Positions 51,427-61,293 of a DNA stretch of 64,000 nt are shown here, in pieces. The stretch covers positions 641,020-705,019 of the forward strand of contig CAVZSQ010000022.1 in NCBI GenBank assembly GCA_963777955.1, written 5' to 3'. The notes under the pieces were generated by a model. That model was not told the origin of the DNA and made no database searches. It worked only from the letters and a program-made list of their open reading frames with translations. Positions within the stretch are counted from its first letter, which is position 1, and each line of letters starts with the position of its first letter. This stretch comes from Calditrichia bacterium. GTDB taxonomy: Bacteria; Calditrichota; Calditrichia; JAJRVZ01. The position numbers were made by a program, and so were the translations under genes.

Positions 51427-53251
51427 ATGATGCGTATCCGGCAGATAATATTTTTATTAATCCTGGCAATAAGTACCGGGTTTGCCCAGGATGTGCAGAT
51501 AACCGCTGTGGTGAACAGTAATCGGGTCGGATTGAATGAAACTTTTGAATATAAAGTTGAAATCAACGGCCAGAGCAGCGGTTTGCCCGATCCATCTTTT
51601 CCCGCTTTCAATCCGTTCAGTGTTCTTTCAGGACCCAACACTTCCACCAGTATCCAGATCATCAATGGACGCATGTCGTCATCCAAGGGATATAGTTTCT
51701 ATTTGCAGGCAGTGCAGGAGGGCCAATTCACCATCCCGCCGGCTACCATTACGGTAGATGGTAAAGCCATATCCTCCAATGAGATTACCATGACAGTGGT
51801 CAAGAGGCCAGGCACAATCCGGCGGCACACAACCGGCTCCGGGACAAACGCGTTCGACCAGGGATGCAGAAATCGCCGGTGAGAATTTGTTCCTGAAAGC
51901 AGAGGTGGATAAACGGAATGTATATCAGAATGAGCAGGTAACGGTAATCTATAAATTGTATTTCCGGGTAAACGTACGCAGTTATAATTACGAGAAAATG
52001 CCCGCCAATACCGGATTCTGGACCGAAGAATATGCACAGCCGTCACAACCACCCATAAATAATGAAGTAGTCAATGGAATTACCTATCAGGTAGCCACGC
52101 TGCGTAAAATAGCCCTTTTCCCTACGCAGAACGGCGTGCTTACCATCGAGCCGCTGGTGGTTTCGGTGGATGCCCTGGTAAAACGGCAAAACCGTTCCAG
52201 AAGTTTTTTTGACAGTTTCTTCGATGATCCGTTCGGACAGACGGTACGAACCTCGCTGTCTTCAAAACCTGTAACAATCCATGTAAAACCACTGCCGGAT
52301 AGTAACCGTCCTGCCGGCTTCGCTAATGATGTCGGACGGTATACGCTGACAGCAACTTTAGATAAAAAAGAACTTAAGGTGAATGAAGCAGCCTCAATTA
52401 AAATGACGATTAACGGGGAAGGCAATCTTAAACTGCTCAGACCACCGGCTATTGACTTACCGCCAGATCTGGAAGTCTATGAACCAAAAGAAGCCACCAC
52501 CATTAAACGTGACGCCGGTGCTATTTCCGGAACCAAGTCAATCGAGTATATAATTGTACCGCGTCTGGCCGGAGAATATCAGATAAAGCCTATCACCCTG
52601 AGTTATTTTGATCCAAAATTGGGGAAATATAAAACCATATCTACCGCAGCTTTAAAACTCAGAGTATTGCCCGGTGCTGCCGGCAGCGGGATGATGGCCA
52701 GCGGCAGCAGTTTATCCAAACAGGAAGTGGCTTTATTGGGTGAAGATATCCGTTTTATTAAAGAGACGGCAAAATTTTTTACTGCCGGAAGAACTATCTA
52801 TTCAAAATGGTGGTATCTGGGTACCTATCTGTTGCCCATTGCCGGTCTGGTTCTAACTATAATATATGTTCGCCAGCGGGATAAACTGCGCAGCGATCTG
52901 CGCCTGGCCCGCAGGCGAAAAGCAGGAAAAATTGCCGCCAAGCATCTGACGGCCGCCAGGAAAGTTTTAAAGACAGGTTCACAGAACGAGTTTTATCGCA
53001 GAATTTCGCAGGCCTTACAGGGTTTTGTGAGCGACCGGCTGAATTTACAAATGACCGATTTTAATGTGGTAACCGTGCAGAAAAACCTGGAACAGGTGGG
53101 AGTAGGTCCGGAAGAAATAACGGAATACCAGGAATGCCTGACCGAAAGTGATTTTCGCCAGTTTGCCGGCACCAATGTGAATCTGCAACAGATGAAGGAT
53201 TTTTACGAGCGGGTGAAGAGGATTTTAACGAGGTTGGAGAGGTATATTTAA
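51427..53251 (+). CDS. batD: aerotolerance protein BatD, with a frameshift near 51817
   Basis: ORF 51427-51882 encodes the signal peptide and BatD N-domain. ORF 51887-53251 encodes the remainder. An alternate frame reads through as ...VVKR-QAQSGGTQPAPGQTRSTRDAEIAGENLFLKAEVDK..., which indicates a 1-nt indel. Confidence 0.65.
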
Positions 53252-53252
53252 G

Positions 53253-53505
53253 ACACAAAGTAAGGGACAAAGAGACATAGAGACAAAGGGACAAAGAAAG
53301 GCACAAGGTACAAAGTAAAAAGTAACTGAGTTCCTTAGTCCCTGAGTACCTGAGTAATGCACTTAGCATAATCATCCCGGGCATGTCGGAGACCTGGCGC
53401 AGACAGGACCCGGGATCTATATGTGTCAAATTATAGCTTGATTCCCGCCTTTGGCGGGAAGACGAGTGTGTGGTTCTATCGAAGGCTAAAGGGTAAAGGG
53501 AAAAG
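53253..53505. repeat. intergenic 8-bp-period repeat element (locus 6)
   Basis: 53253-53320 gacacaaagtaagggacaaagagacatagagacaaagggacaaagaaaggcacaaggtacaaag. Then 53323-53358 in inverted sense, taactgagttccttagtccctgagtacctgagt. The core has cccgggcatgtcggagacctggcgcagacaggacccggg and ATTCCCGCctttgGCGGGAA. Then ggctaaagggtaaagggaaaagg. Confidence 0.7.
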
Positions 53506-53544
53506 GATAGTAGATTGTTGGAAATAAATTTAAATACAAATATT

Positions 53545-54297
53545 GTGAAACGATTAATTACAATATTAATTCTGTACTGCATTGCGCTGCTTCCTGGTTC
53601 CGTCTCAGCAGAACAGGCCGGTACACTCTTTGCCTTAGGCAATAAGGCTTACGCTGATGGTAAATATCAGCAGGCTGTCGAATTTTATGAACAGATCCTG
53701 CAGAAAAGACAGGCCAGCGGCGAGGTCTATTTTAATCTTGGCAATGCCTATTATAAATTAAATCAGATCGGCAAGGCAATTCTTTACTATGAAAAGGCCG
53801 AAGTCTATCTATCGGGTGACGAAGCGCTTGAACAGAATTTGAAGATTGCGCGTCTGAAAATAGTTGATAAAATTGAACCGTTGCCTGTATTATTCCTGAC
53901 GGAATGGTGGACTACAGCGATCAATGCGTTCGCTTTTACCACTATCGCCTGGCTGTGTTTTGGATTTTTTGGTTTAACTTTGATCTGGCTGGCAATCTAT
54001 CTGTTAGTAAACCGCCGAATATTTATACGACTGACCTGGATCGCAGCAGCGGTTTTTCTTATCCTGCTGGTGCTCTTCATTGGAAAAATATATCAATTTG
54101 AATCTTCTCAATATGGTATTATATTTACAGATAAGATCTCGGTGGTTGGTGAACCTACGTTGACCGGACAGGAACTCTTTATCCTGCACGAGGGCACCAA
54201 GGTAAAGATCAATCGCAGTCTGGATGGTTGGTATGAAATTTCACTGGCAGATGGGAAAACAGGGTGGATCAAGGCAGATGGTCTGGAAATCATCTAA
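53545..54297 (+). CDS. batE: TPR + SH3b domain protein BatE-like
   Basis: Signal peptide after a probable GTG start at 53545, TPR repeats, TM helices, and a C-terminal SH3-like region (GWYEISLADGKTGWIKADGLEI). Confidence 0.6.
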   Translation: MKRLITILILYCIALLPGSVSAEQAGTLFALGNKAYADGKYQQAVEFYEQILQKRQASGEVYFNLGNAYYKLNQIGKAILYYEKAEVYLSGDEALEQNLKIARLKIVDKIEPLPVLFLTEWWTTAINAFAFTTIAWLCFGFFGLTLIWLAIYLLVNRRIFIRLTWIAAAVFLILLVLFIGKIYQFESSQYGIIFTDKISVVGEPTLTGQELFILHEGTKVKINRSLDGWYEISLADGKTGWIKADGLEII

Positions 54298-54805
54298 GCG
54301 GACAGTCGTATTCCGGATTGGGATTCTGTTAAGCCTGAGTCTGGCGCTGTTGAATTGCGGCGGCAGCCGGGAGACGATCAGAAAGGACCTGCCGCAGCAA
54401 AATCCTGCGGCGGCCGGCCGTTATGATGAATCTTTTGATCCGTTAACTCTCCAGGACGATGATCTGGTCATTGCTGCAGATAGCATACGGACATCAAGCA
54501 ACACGGGAGAAAGCAGTTCCGACCTGCCAGGACAATCATCGATTCCCAACGAAACTGAGGGATTTCGTGTTCAGATCATGGCTACCAATAATATCGGCAC
54601 GGCGTCTTTAACCGAGCAGGAAGCCACCGCACGATTCGGCCCGCAGGGTTTTAAAGTTTATCTGGTATTTGAAGCACCTTTATATAAAATCCGGGTTGGG
54701 GATTGCCTGGAACGTAATACTGCTGAAGAATTGCGCGATAAGGCGAAAGATTTCGGTTATGGCGGTGCGTTTGTGGTAAAAAGCAAAATCAATCTCGGTA
54801 ACTAG
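54278..54805 (+). CDS. SPOR-domain lipoprotein
   Basis: Lipobox (LLNCGG), then a C-terminal SPOR-like domain (...GFRVQIMATNN...YKIRVGDCLERNTAEELRDKAKDFGYGGAFVV). Confidence 0.55.
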   Translation: MVWKSSKRTVVFRIGILLSLSLALLNCGGSRETIRKDLPQQNPAAAGRYDESFDPLTLQDDDLVIAADSIRTSSNTGESSSDLPGQSSIPNETEGFRVQIMATNNIGTASLTEQEATARFGPQGFKVYLVFEAPLYKIRVGDCLERNTAEELRDKAKDFGYGGAFVVKSKINLGN

Positions 54806-54808
54806 AAC

Positions 54809-56264
54809 TCATCCTTTAATCACACCCAGCGGTTTTAAACGGGCGACTTTCCGGCTGATGCCGGAATGGTGCATTACGTCCACAACCATGGCCACATCTT
54901 TATAGGCATAAGGCATTTCTTCGGCGATGGTGGCCCGTCCCTTAGCCTGCACGGTCACTCCCATTTTTGACATTTCAGCGAAGAGATCACGGCCGCGACC
55001 TGTATCCAGCGCCCGCTTGCGGCTTTGCAATCTTCCGGCGCCGTGACAGGTACTGCCAAAGGTTTCATCCATGGCTACCTTTGTTCCCAGGCAGATAAAA
55101 GAGTACCGCCCCATGTCTCCCGGCACCAGTACCGGCTGTCCGATTTGCCGATAGGCCGGAGGCAATTCAGGACTGCCGGGGCCAAAGGCGCGGGTAGCTC
55201 CTTTACGGTGCAGGCACAGTTTTTTTTCTTTACCGTCTATTACATGAGTTTCAATTTTAGCAATGTTATGACAAACGTCGTAGATCAATCTGAATTCCAG
55301 CTGGGCGGGAGAGATGGACAGGATTTGCATGATAGTATCTTTTGCCAGGCTCATGATCACCTGGCGGTTGGCCCAGGCAAAATTGGCCGCTGCAGCCATC
55401 GCCCCTAAATATTCCTGTCCTTCCGGCGACTTTACCGGGGCACAGGCCAACTGCCGGTCGGGCAGGGCGATCCCGTAGCGCTGCGAAGCCTGGCCCAGTA
55501 ATTTCAGAAAATCATCACAGATCTGATAACCGCATCCGCGGGAACCGGTATGAATCTGGATAACAATCTGATTCAGAAATAATCCCAGTATTTCCGCTTC
55601 CTCCGGTAGAAAGATATGGTCGACCACATCCACTTCCAGAAAATGATTACCGGAACCCAGGGTCCCTACCTGCGGGCTCCCGCGCTCAATCGCCCGCTTG
55701 CTGACGTATCTGGGTTCGGCCCAGTCTAAGACGGCCGTTCTCTTCGGTATAAACCAGATCTTCTTTGTCACCGAAGCCCTGCTCCACGGCCCAGTGTGCT
55801 CCCTTATGCAGCAGATTGTTCATTTCTGCCTGGTTCAGTTTGCGGATGGCGCCTTCCGAACCAACGCCTGTGGGGATATTCCTGAACAAAGCAGTGATCA
55901 ATTCCGGTAACCGGGATTGTACATCATTGCGGATCAGCGAGGTACGGGCCAGGCGTACACCACAATTAATATCGTAACCAACGCCGCCCGGCGAAATAAC
56001 CCCTTCATCATAATCGGTTGCTGCCACGCCGCCAATCGGAAAACCATAACCCCAGTGAATATCCGGCATACCCAGCGAATATTTCTGTATACCCGGCAGA
56101 TGGGCCACATTGATCACTTGCTGGATGCTCTCGTCCTCGGCAATAATGGTTTCCATCATCTTTTCCGAAGCATAGATCCGGCCGGGGACACGCATGTTAC
56201 CGGTAGCAGGTATTTCATATAAGTGATCATGGATCTTTTCTATATCTATATTTTTGTAATGCAT
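54809..56264 (-). CDS. rtcB: RNA-splicing ligase RtcB, with a frameshift within 55686-55771
   Basis: ORF 55686-56264 holds the RtcB N-terminus and ORF 54809-55771 the C-terminus, with conserved His/Cys metal ligands. The two halves overlap by 86 nt in different frames. Confidence 0.7.
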
Positions 56265-56307
56265 GGTGGTCTCCGTATATAGCCTTTCTCAGGCGGACGG
56301 TAGATTG

Positions 56308-56751
56308 TCAGATATCAAATATGATGCGGACCCAGTATCCTTCTTCGTTCCGGTCCAGTTCCAGCTGGTGATAGGTCACCGCTTTTATCTCGGTACGTAT
56401 TATTTCCTGCTGATGGGTACTGACGCAACCGGCAATCACTGCCTGTAAATTATAATTCTGATTTATTTCTTTTAGCTGCAGTTGTAGAATGTGCACAGGC
56501 AGAAAATGATGTACTGTCAGCATGAAATTAATCTCGCTCAACCAGCGTACTAATAATTCAACTAAATCTGATTCCTGCAGTTCCACAGTCTGGCTGCCGT
56601 AGGCCTGCCGGGGAAACTCGTGATATATAATACTCAGCATTCCGAAAGCGGCATTAGCAAAGAGGTCTTCCAGCGAGCTGCCGGTAGCCATAATACCGGT
56701 ATCGGCAGTATGTTCGATTTCATGGAATTTGCTTTTATCAAGTTTGTACAT
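56308..56751 (-). CDS. archease (RtcB activator)
   Basis: 147 aa. The N-terminal ...EIEHTADTGI... stretch is the archease signature. Confidence 0.7.
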   Translation of the reverse strand: MYKLDKSKFHEIEHTADTGIMATGSSLEDLFANAAFGMLSIIYHEFPRQAYGSQTVELQESDLVELLVRWLSEINFMLTVHHFLPVHILQLQLKEINQNYNLQAVIAGCVSTHQQEIIRTEIKAVTYHQLELDRNEEGYWVRIIFDI

Positions 56752-56760
56752 ATGTTTAAA

Positions 56761-56980
56761 AGTAGCTTAGTTCCTGAGTACCTGAGTTCCTTAGTCCCTT
56801 AGTTTCTGAGTGATTCTTATTTAGTTTATCTCCTGTTATTAATATAAGATTCATGTTAATATATGGTCAAGTGTGGCTGCGATTTAAGTCAGAAATAAAA
56901 GAAAATCTTCAGGGTTAAAAAGAGTATGGATAAAAAATCAATTTACTCAGGTACTCAGGTACTCAGGGACTCAGTGCCTT
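56761..56980. repeat. intergenic 8-bp-period repeat element (locus 7): inverted arms flanking a roughly 130-bp AT-rich core
   Basis: Left arm 56761-56811 agtagcttagttcctgagtacctgagttccttagtcccttagtttctgagt. Right arm 56945-56978 actcaggtactcaggtactcagggactcagtgcc is its inverse, followed by TTTT. Confidence 0.7.
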
Positions 56981-56984
56981 TTAT

Positions 56985-58292
56985 TCATTTAATCTTCACT
57001 ATTTTACCCTTATAATCCCCGATACGATAAAAGAAACATCCGCTGCCGGAACATTCTGCATTCCAGATAAAATCAGAGCCCATCCTATGTATATGCTCAA
57101 CTTCCTGCCCGCTAATATTATAAATATACATAATTTGACCGGTAATACCGAAGGTACTGAATTTTATACTGTTGTTAAACGGATTTGGATAAGCAGAGAC
57201 ATATTTATCTCCGGCAATTTTTATTTCTGCCTCGAACACTTTTTCACCGGTCAGGGAGACACTCTCCAGCCGGTAATAATATACACCGGAAGTTGATTGG
57301 TGAAATTCGTCTGTAAAGCAATAAGATTGGCCGGTCGCCGAATAAACCAGACCGGGAATCCGACTGCAGTCTGCAATCAGGGTCCAATCTGATTTGTCCA
57401 TCGAACGGTATAAATTAAATCCCAGGTTCTCAACTTCACTGGCAGTGGTCCATTCCAGCATAACTTTATTTTTAGAGGCAGTCCCCTTAAACTGCATGAC
57501 AAAAACAGGGAGGGGTTGGTCGTTTACATAATGCGACATTAACACCCACAAGGCTTTAATCAATAGTTCAACACCTATGGCATTAGGATGGCCTCCGTCA
57601 GTAGTATAGGAATCCTGCATCTTTAAATAAGTGCCACCCTGATATTCGAAGGTAGTAAATGAACCGTTATACCAGCTTTCAATAGCAGCGATATCAAATA
57701 TACCATCTTCCGCAGAGGAATATTCAGCCAGAAGGAGATCCCTGTACTTGCTGCGTTCGGCGTTTAGAGCGTCGGTGGTATTTTTTAATGGCATGGTACT
57801 GTGTACCAGATACATATTATGATTCTGTGCTTTATAGTTGGCAACATCTAATTTGTACTGGGCAAATAAGGAACTGGCAGTTTGACCTCCATACATATCC
57901 TCATAACAACGTTTTATAATTCCGATAACAATGATATCATCATTCTGGGAGGCAAAATCAAAAAATTCCGTTAGGGCACTCTGGTTTTGATGACCAAAAA
58001 GGGGACCATAGTTCAGATAGTCTGTTCTGGTAACATCATCGCTCCAGTTGGATGCAGGGGGAATGAATTCGAAGGCGAACATGCCGTTCATTATACCCAG
58101 TTGTTCCAGTCCGAATAGAATGGTTCTGCCGACGCTGCGGTGGCTGAACAGGATATTCGTGGCCCTGACATTTGCAGCCTGCTGTGGAGTTATATTATTG
58201 AATTCAGCAACGGAAGTGTGATTGGCGATCAATCCGGCCGTTGCTGCGACAGGCAGAAGTATAATTATAAAGATGCTGATATGGATTTTCAT
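56985..58292 (-). CDS. secreted SGNH/GDSL-like hydrolase - Fn3-like domain - T9SS C-terminal sorting domain protein
   Basis: Signal peptide, an SGNH-like block (TDGGHP), and a C-terminal Por/T9SS CTD (YPNPFNNSIKFS...). Confidence 0.5.
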   Translation of the reverse strand: MKIHISIFIIILLPVAATAGLIANHTSVAEFNNITPQQAANVRATNILFSHRSVGRTILFGLEQLGIMNGMFAFEFIPPASNWSDDVTRTDYLNYGPLFGHQNQSALTEFFDFASQNDDIIVIGIIKRCYEDMYGGQTASSLFAQYKLDVANYKAQNHNMYLVHSTMPLKNTTDALNAERSKYRDLLLAEYSSAEDGIFDIAAIESWYNGSFTTFEYQGGTYLKMQDSYTTDGGHPNAIGVELLIKALWVLMSHYVNDQPLPVFVMQFKGTASKNKVMLEWTTASEVENLGFNLYRSMDKSDWTLIADCSRIPGLVYSATGQSYCFTDEFHQSTSGVYYYRLESVSLTGEKVFEAEIKIAGDKYVSAYPNPFNNSIKFSTFGITGQIMYIYNISGQEVEHIHRMGSDFIWNAECSGSGCFFYRIGDYKGKIVKIK

Positions 58293-58410
58293 AATTTATA
58301 TATTTTAAAAAACAACGGATTTATGATTGTATTCAAAATCACAATCTACTGATAAAAATTCGTTGAATTTTATGACATTACTTGACTATGGGTGAAGGGA
58401 AAAGTCGTGG

Positions 58411-58445
58411 ACCTGGCGATAGATATGTCGGAGATCTATCGCCAG
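58411..58445. promoter_or_regulatory. 13-bp perfect inverted repeat with a 9-bp spacer in a divergent promoter region
   Basis: CCTGGCGATAGAT-atgtcggag-ATCTATCGCCAGG. The spacer and flanks (atgtcggagatct) resemble the GTCGGAGACCTGGCGC submotif of the locus-6 repeat core. Confidence 0.4.
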
Positions 58446-58669
58446 GTAGAGGTAAAGAGTAAAACAAATACTATTGAATATCGCCAAACAATTAGTTATT
58501 ATTTAAGCGTGCCAATAAATAGTCTACCCTAATTGAACTAATAACAGACATATTGACTAAGCATAAAACAATTTTAATTTTTCGTAAACGATCATAAGTA
58601 ATCGTCTCTAATCAGAAGTATACTATGATATATGAGATATATTTTGTGTACTATTTTGAGGAGTCTGAC

Positions 58670-61186
58670 ATGAAACATTTACTGGTGATATTTATAATGC
58701 TTGGTATCATAGCAATGTTGGATTATGCCTGGGCTCAGGACGACCAGCCGCAAATGTGGAGAAATATAATTCGTGCAGATGGAACTCTCCGCAGCGGGAT
58801 TTCGGGTAGTTTTAATTCGCAGGGCTTCAGGTTGAATTCTGGTCAAAAGGGCAAGCCGATATTTATCGCCTCTGATAGTGGTTACTGGGAGCCTCTGGGT
58901 GGGAATCCGCATATTGGATATGCCTACATCAGAGCGGTTGCTGTATCGGGAACGGATGTCTATATAGGAGGTGAATTTACTGATGTCTGTTTAGTGGATA
59001 ATACCAATAATATTGCCAAATGGAATGGGACTACCTGGGAACCTTTAGGACAGGGCTTGAATGCTCCTGTTTATGCCATCACTGTATTTGGAACCGATGT
59101 CTATGCAGGAGGAGAATTCTATGAGGTTGATGGGATGCATGGAATAAACGGGATAGCCAAATGGAATGGAGAAAACTGGGAAGCTCTCGGCCAAGGTTTG
59201 AACAGCGATGTGTATGCTCTCGCCAGTGCTAATGGCGCTGTATATGCGGCGGGAGCTTTTACTGATGCGGGAGGAGTTGATAGCGCGGATGGAATTGCTA
59301 AATGGAACGGAACAAGCTGGGAAGCACTGGGCCATGGATTGAATGGTGCAATAAATGCAATGACTGTCTCTGGTAATGATTTATATGTTGGCGGCAGTTT
59401 CACTGATCCTAGTGGAGGTATGAAAACCATTAATATAGCCAAATGGAATGGAACAAGTTGGGAATCTATGTGTTCGGGTATAACTGAAGATATTTATGCC
59501 ATTGCTGTCTCTGACAGTGATGTATATGTAGGTGGAGACTTTTCGTATGTTGATGGTAACGAAAATGCTAATAGTATCGTCAAGTGGAACGGCGCCCATT
59601 GGGAAACGCTGGGATCGGGAACATCTGGCAGGGAGTTCCCTTTTGGATTCGTTTTTGCTATTGCTATCTTGGACAGTGATATATATGTCGGTGGATATTT
59701 TTATGAAGCCGGTGGAGTAAGTAATACCAATGCTATTGCCAGGTGGAATGGAACTGATTGGGAAGCGCTGGGACTGGGAATAAGCGGAGATGTACAAGTT
59801 AATGCGCTTGCCGTTTCCGATAGTGCTGTGTATGTGGGAGGTTCATTTACAAATGCAGGCGGAAATGTCAATGCAGATTGTATTGCTGGGTGGAATGGAT
59901 CTGCTTGGGAAGCGCTGGGCACCGGATTGAGTGATGGTATTTCTGCCATGGCACTCTGGGGCAATGATTTGTTTATCGGGGGAGGATTTAATGACGCTGG
60001 CGGAGACGCAAATGCAGACTATATTGCCAAATGGAAAGAAAATGGCTTTGAAGCAATAGGATCGGGATTAAATAGCGATGTCATAGCTATGGTCTCTTCT
60101 GCTGGTGGTATATATGTCGGAGGATATTTTACCGATGCTGGTGGCTTACCTGGCGCAGATCATATTGCCAGGTGGAATGGAACTGACTGGGAAGCGCTGG
60201 GTAACGGATTGAATGGATCTGTGACGTCAATCGCTATTTCGGGTCCTGATGTATATGCCGGAGGATCTTTTACTGATGCTGGTGGAATCGATTTGGCGGA
60301 TTGTATAGCCAAATGGAATGGAAATAATTGGGAAGCTCTGGGGCCAGGATTAATGTATTACGTAAATACCATTGCTGTTTCTGGTAGTGATGTATATGTT
60401 GGAGGACATTTAATTAATAACGCTGAAGATAATCCTGTCAAGTATATCACCAAATGGAATGGAGCAAGCTGGGAAGCACTGGGATCGGGAGTGAATGGTG
60501 TCGTTAATGTGATAACTATCTTCGATAATGATGTGTATGTAGGGGGATATTTCACTGACGCTGGTGGAATTCCGAATACTGGTCATATTGCCAAATGGAA
60601 TGGAGAAAGTTGGGAAGCATTTGGTCCGGGATTAAATGGCTATGTTGATGTTATCGCGTTCTCTGGCAGTGATGTGTATGTGGGAGGCGGATTTGAAGAT
60701 GCCGGCGGAAATCCAGATACAGATCATATCGCCAAGTGGAATGGAATTAACTGGGAAGCGCTGGGTACAGGAGTGAATGGCGATGTTGTTGCCTTTACTA
60801 TCTCGGGCAGTGATATCTATATGGGCGGAGGATTTACCTTTGCCGGAGGACTACCTTCATCATATTTCGCTTGCTGGCATCGGCTGGGGCTAGAACCAGT
60901 GGAGGAAAAACGGACTACACCCCATCAATTTGCACTTTACCAGAATTATCCAAATCCTTTTAATCCGTTAACACAGATCAATTACCAGCTGCCGGTAAAT
61001 TGTTGCATCTTATTGAAAATCTATGATACCCTGGGCCGGGAAGTCCGGACCTTGGTCAACGAATATCAGCATGCCGGAAATCATTCTGTGACTTTGAATG
61101 GCAGTAATCTACCTAGTGGAGTATATTTCTGCCGGCTGCAAGCCGGTGCTTTTGTCCAAACGAAAAAATTAGTGATGATTAAATAG
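58670..61186 (+). CDS. T9SS cargo protein with about 14 tandem 47-aa WNG-type repeats (predicted beta-propeller) and a C-terminal sorting domain
   Basis: Signal peptide after the likely start at 58670 (GAGGAG SD). The repeat consensus is IAKWNGxxWEALGxGLNGxVxAxxVSGxDVYVGGxFTDAGG. The C-terminal CTD reads YQNYPNPFNPLTQINYQLP.... Confidence 0.7.
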   Translation: MKHLLVIFIMLGIIAMLDYAWAQDDQPQMWRNIIRADGTLRSGISGSFNSQGFRLNSGQKGKPIFIASDSGYWEPLGGNPHIGYAYIRAVAVSGTDVYIGGEFTDVCLVDNTNNIAKWNGTTWEPLGQGLNAPVYAITVFGTDVYAGGEFYEVDGMHGINGIAKWNGENWEALGQGLNSDVYALASANGAVYAAGAFTDAGGVDSADGIAKWNGTSWEALGHGLNGAINAMTVSGNDLYVGGSFTDPSGGMKTINIAKWNGTSWESMCSGITEDIYAIAVSDSDVYVGGDFSYVDGNENANSIVKWNGAHWETLGSGTSGREFPFGFVFAIAILDSDIYVGGYFYEAGGVSNTNAIARWNGTDWEALGLGISGDVQVNALAVSDSAVYVGGSFTNAGGNVNADCIAGWNGSAWEALGTGLSDGISAMALWGNDLFIGGGFNDAGGDANADYIAKWKENGFEAIGSGLNSDVIAMVSSAGGIYVGGYFTDAGGLPGADHIARWNGTDWEALGNGLNGSVTSIAISGPDVYAGGSFTDAGGIDLADCIAKWNGNNWEALGPGLMYYVNTIAVSGSDVYVGGHLINNAEDNPVKYITKWNGASWEALGSGVNGVVNVITIFDNDVYVGGYFTDAGGIPNTGHIAKWNGESWEAFGPGLNGYVDVIAFSGSDVYVGGGFEDAGGNPDTDHIAKWNGINWEALGTGVNGDVVAFTISGSDIYMGGGFTFAGGLPSSYFACWHRLGLEPVEEKRTTPHQFALYQNYPNPFNPLTQINYQLPVNCCILLKIYDTLGREVRTLVNEYQHAGNHSVTLNGSNLPSGVYFCRLQAGAFVQTKKLVMIK
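59012..60870. repeat. tandem array of roughly 141-bp coding repeats (WNG repeats) within the T9SS cargo gene
   Basis: Recurring attgccaaatggaatgg...tgggaagc(a/g)ctggg at a period of about 141 nt. Confidence 0.7.
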
Positions 61187-61293
61187 CAATAACCGGCCGG
61201 GCGTTTCACTGATGTTCTTGAACGCAGCGCTTAAATAAATTGTCCTTGACAAAAGTACAAAGAGTGCATATATTATCCTTAAATAAATGACAA

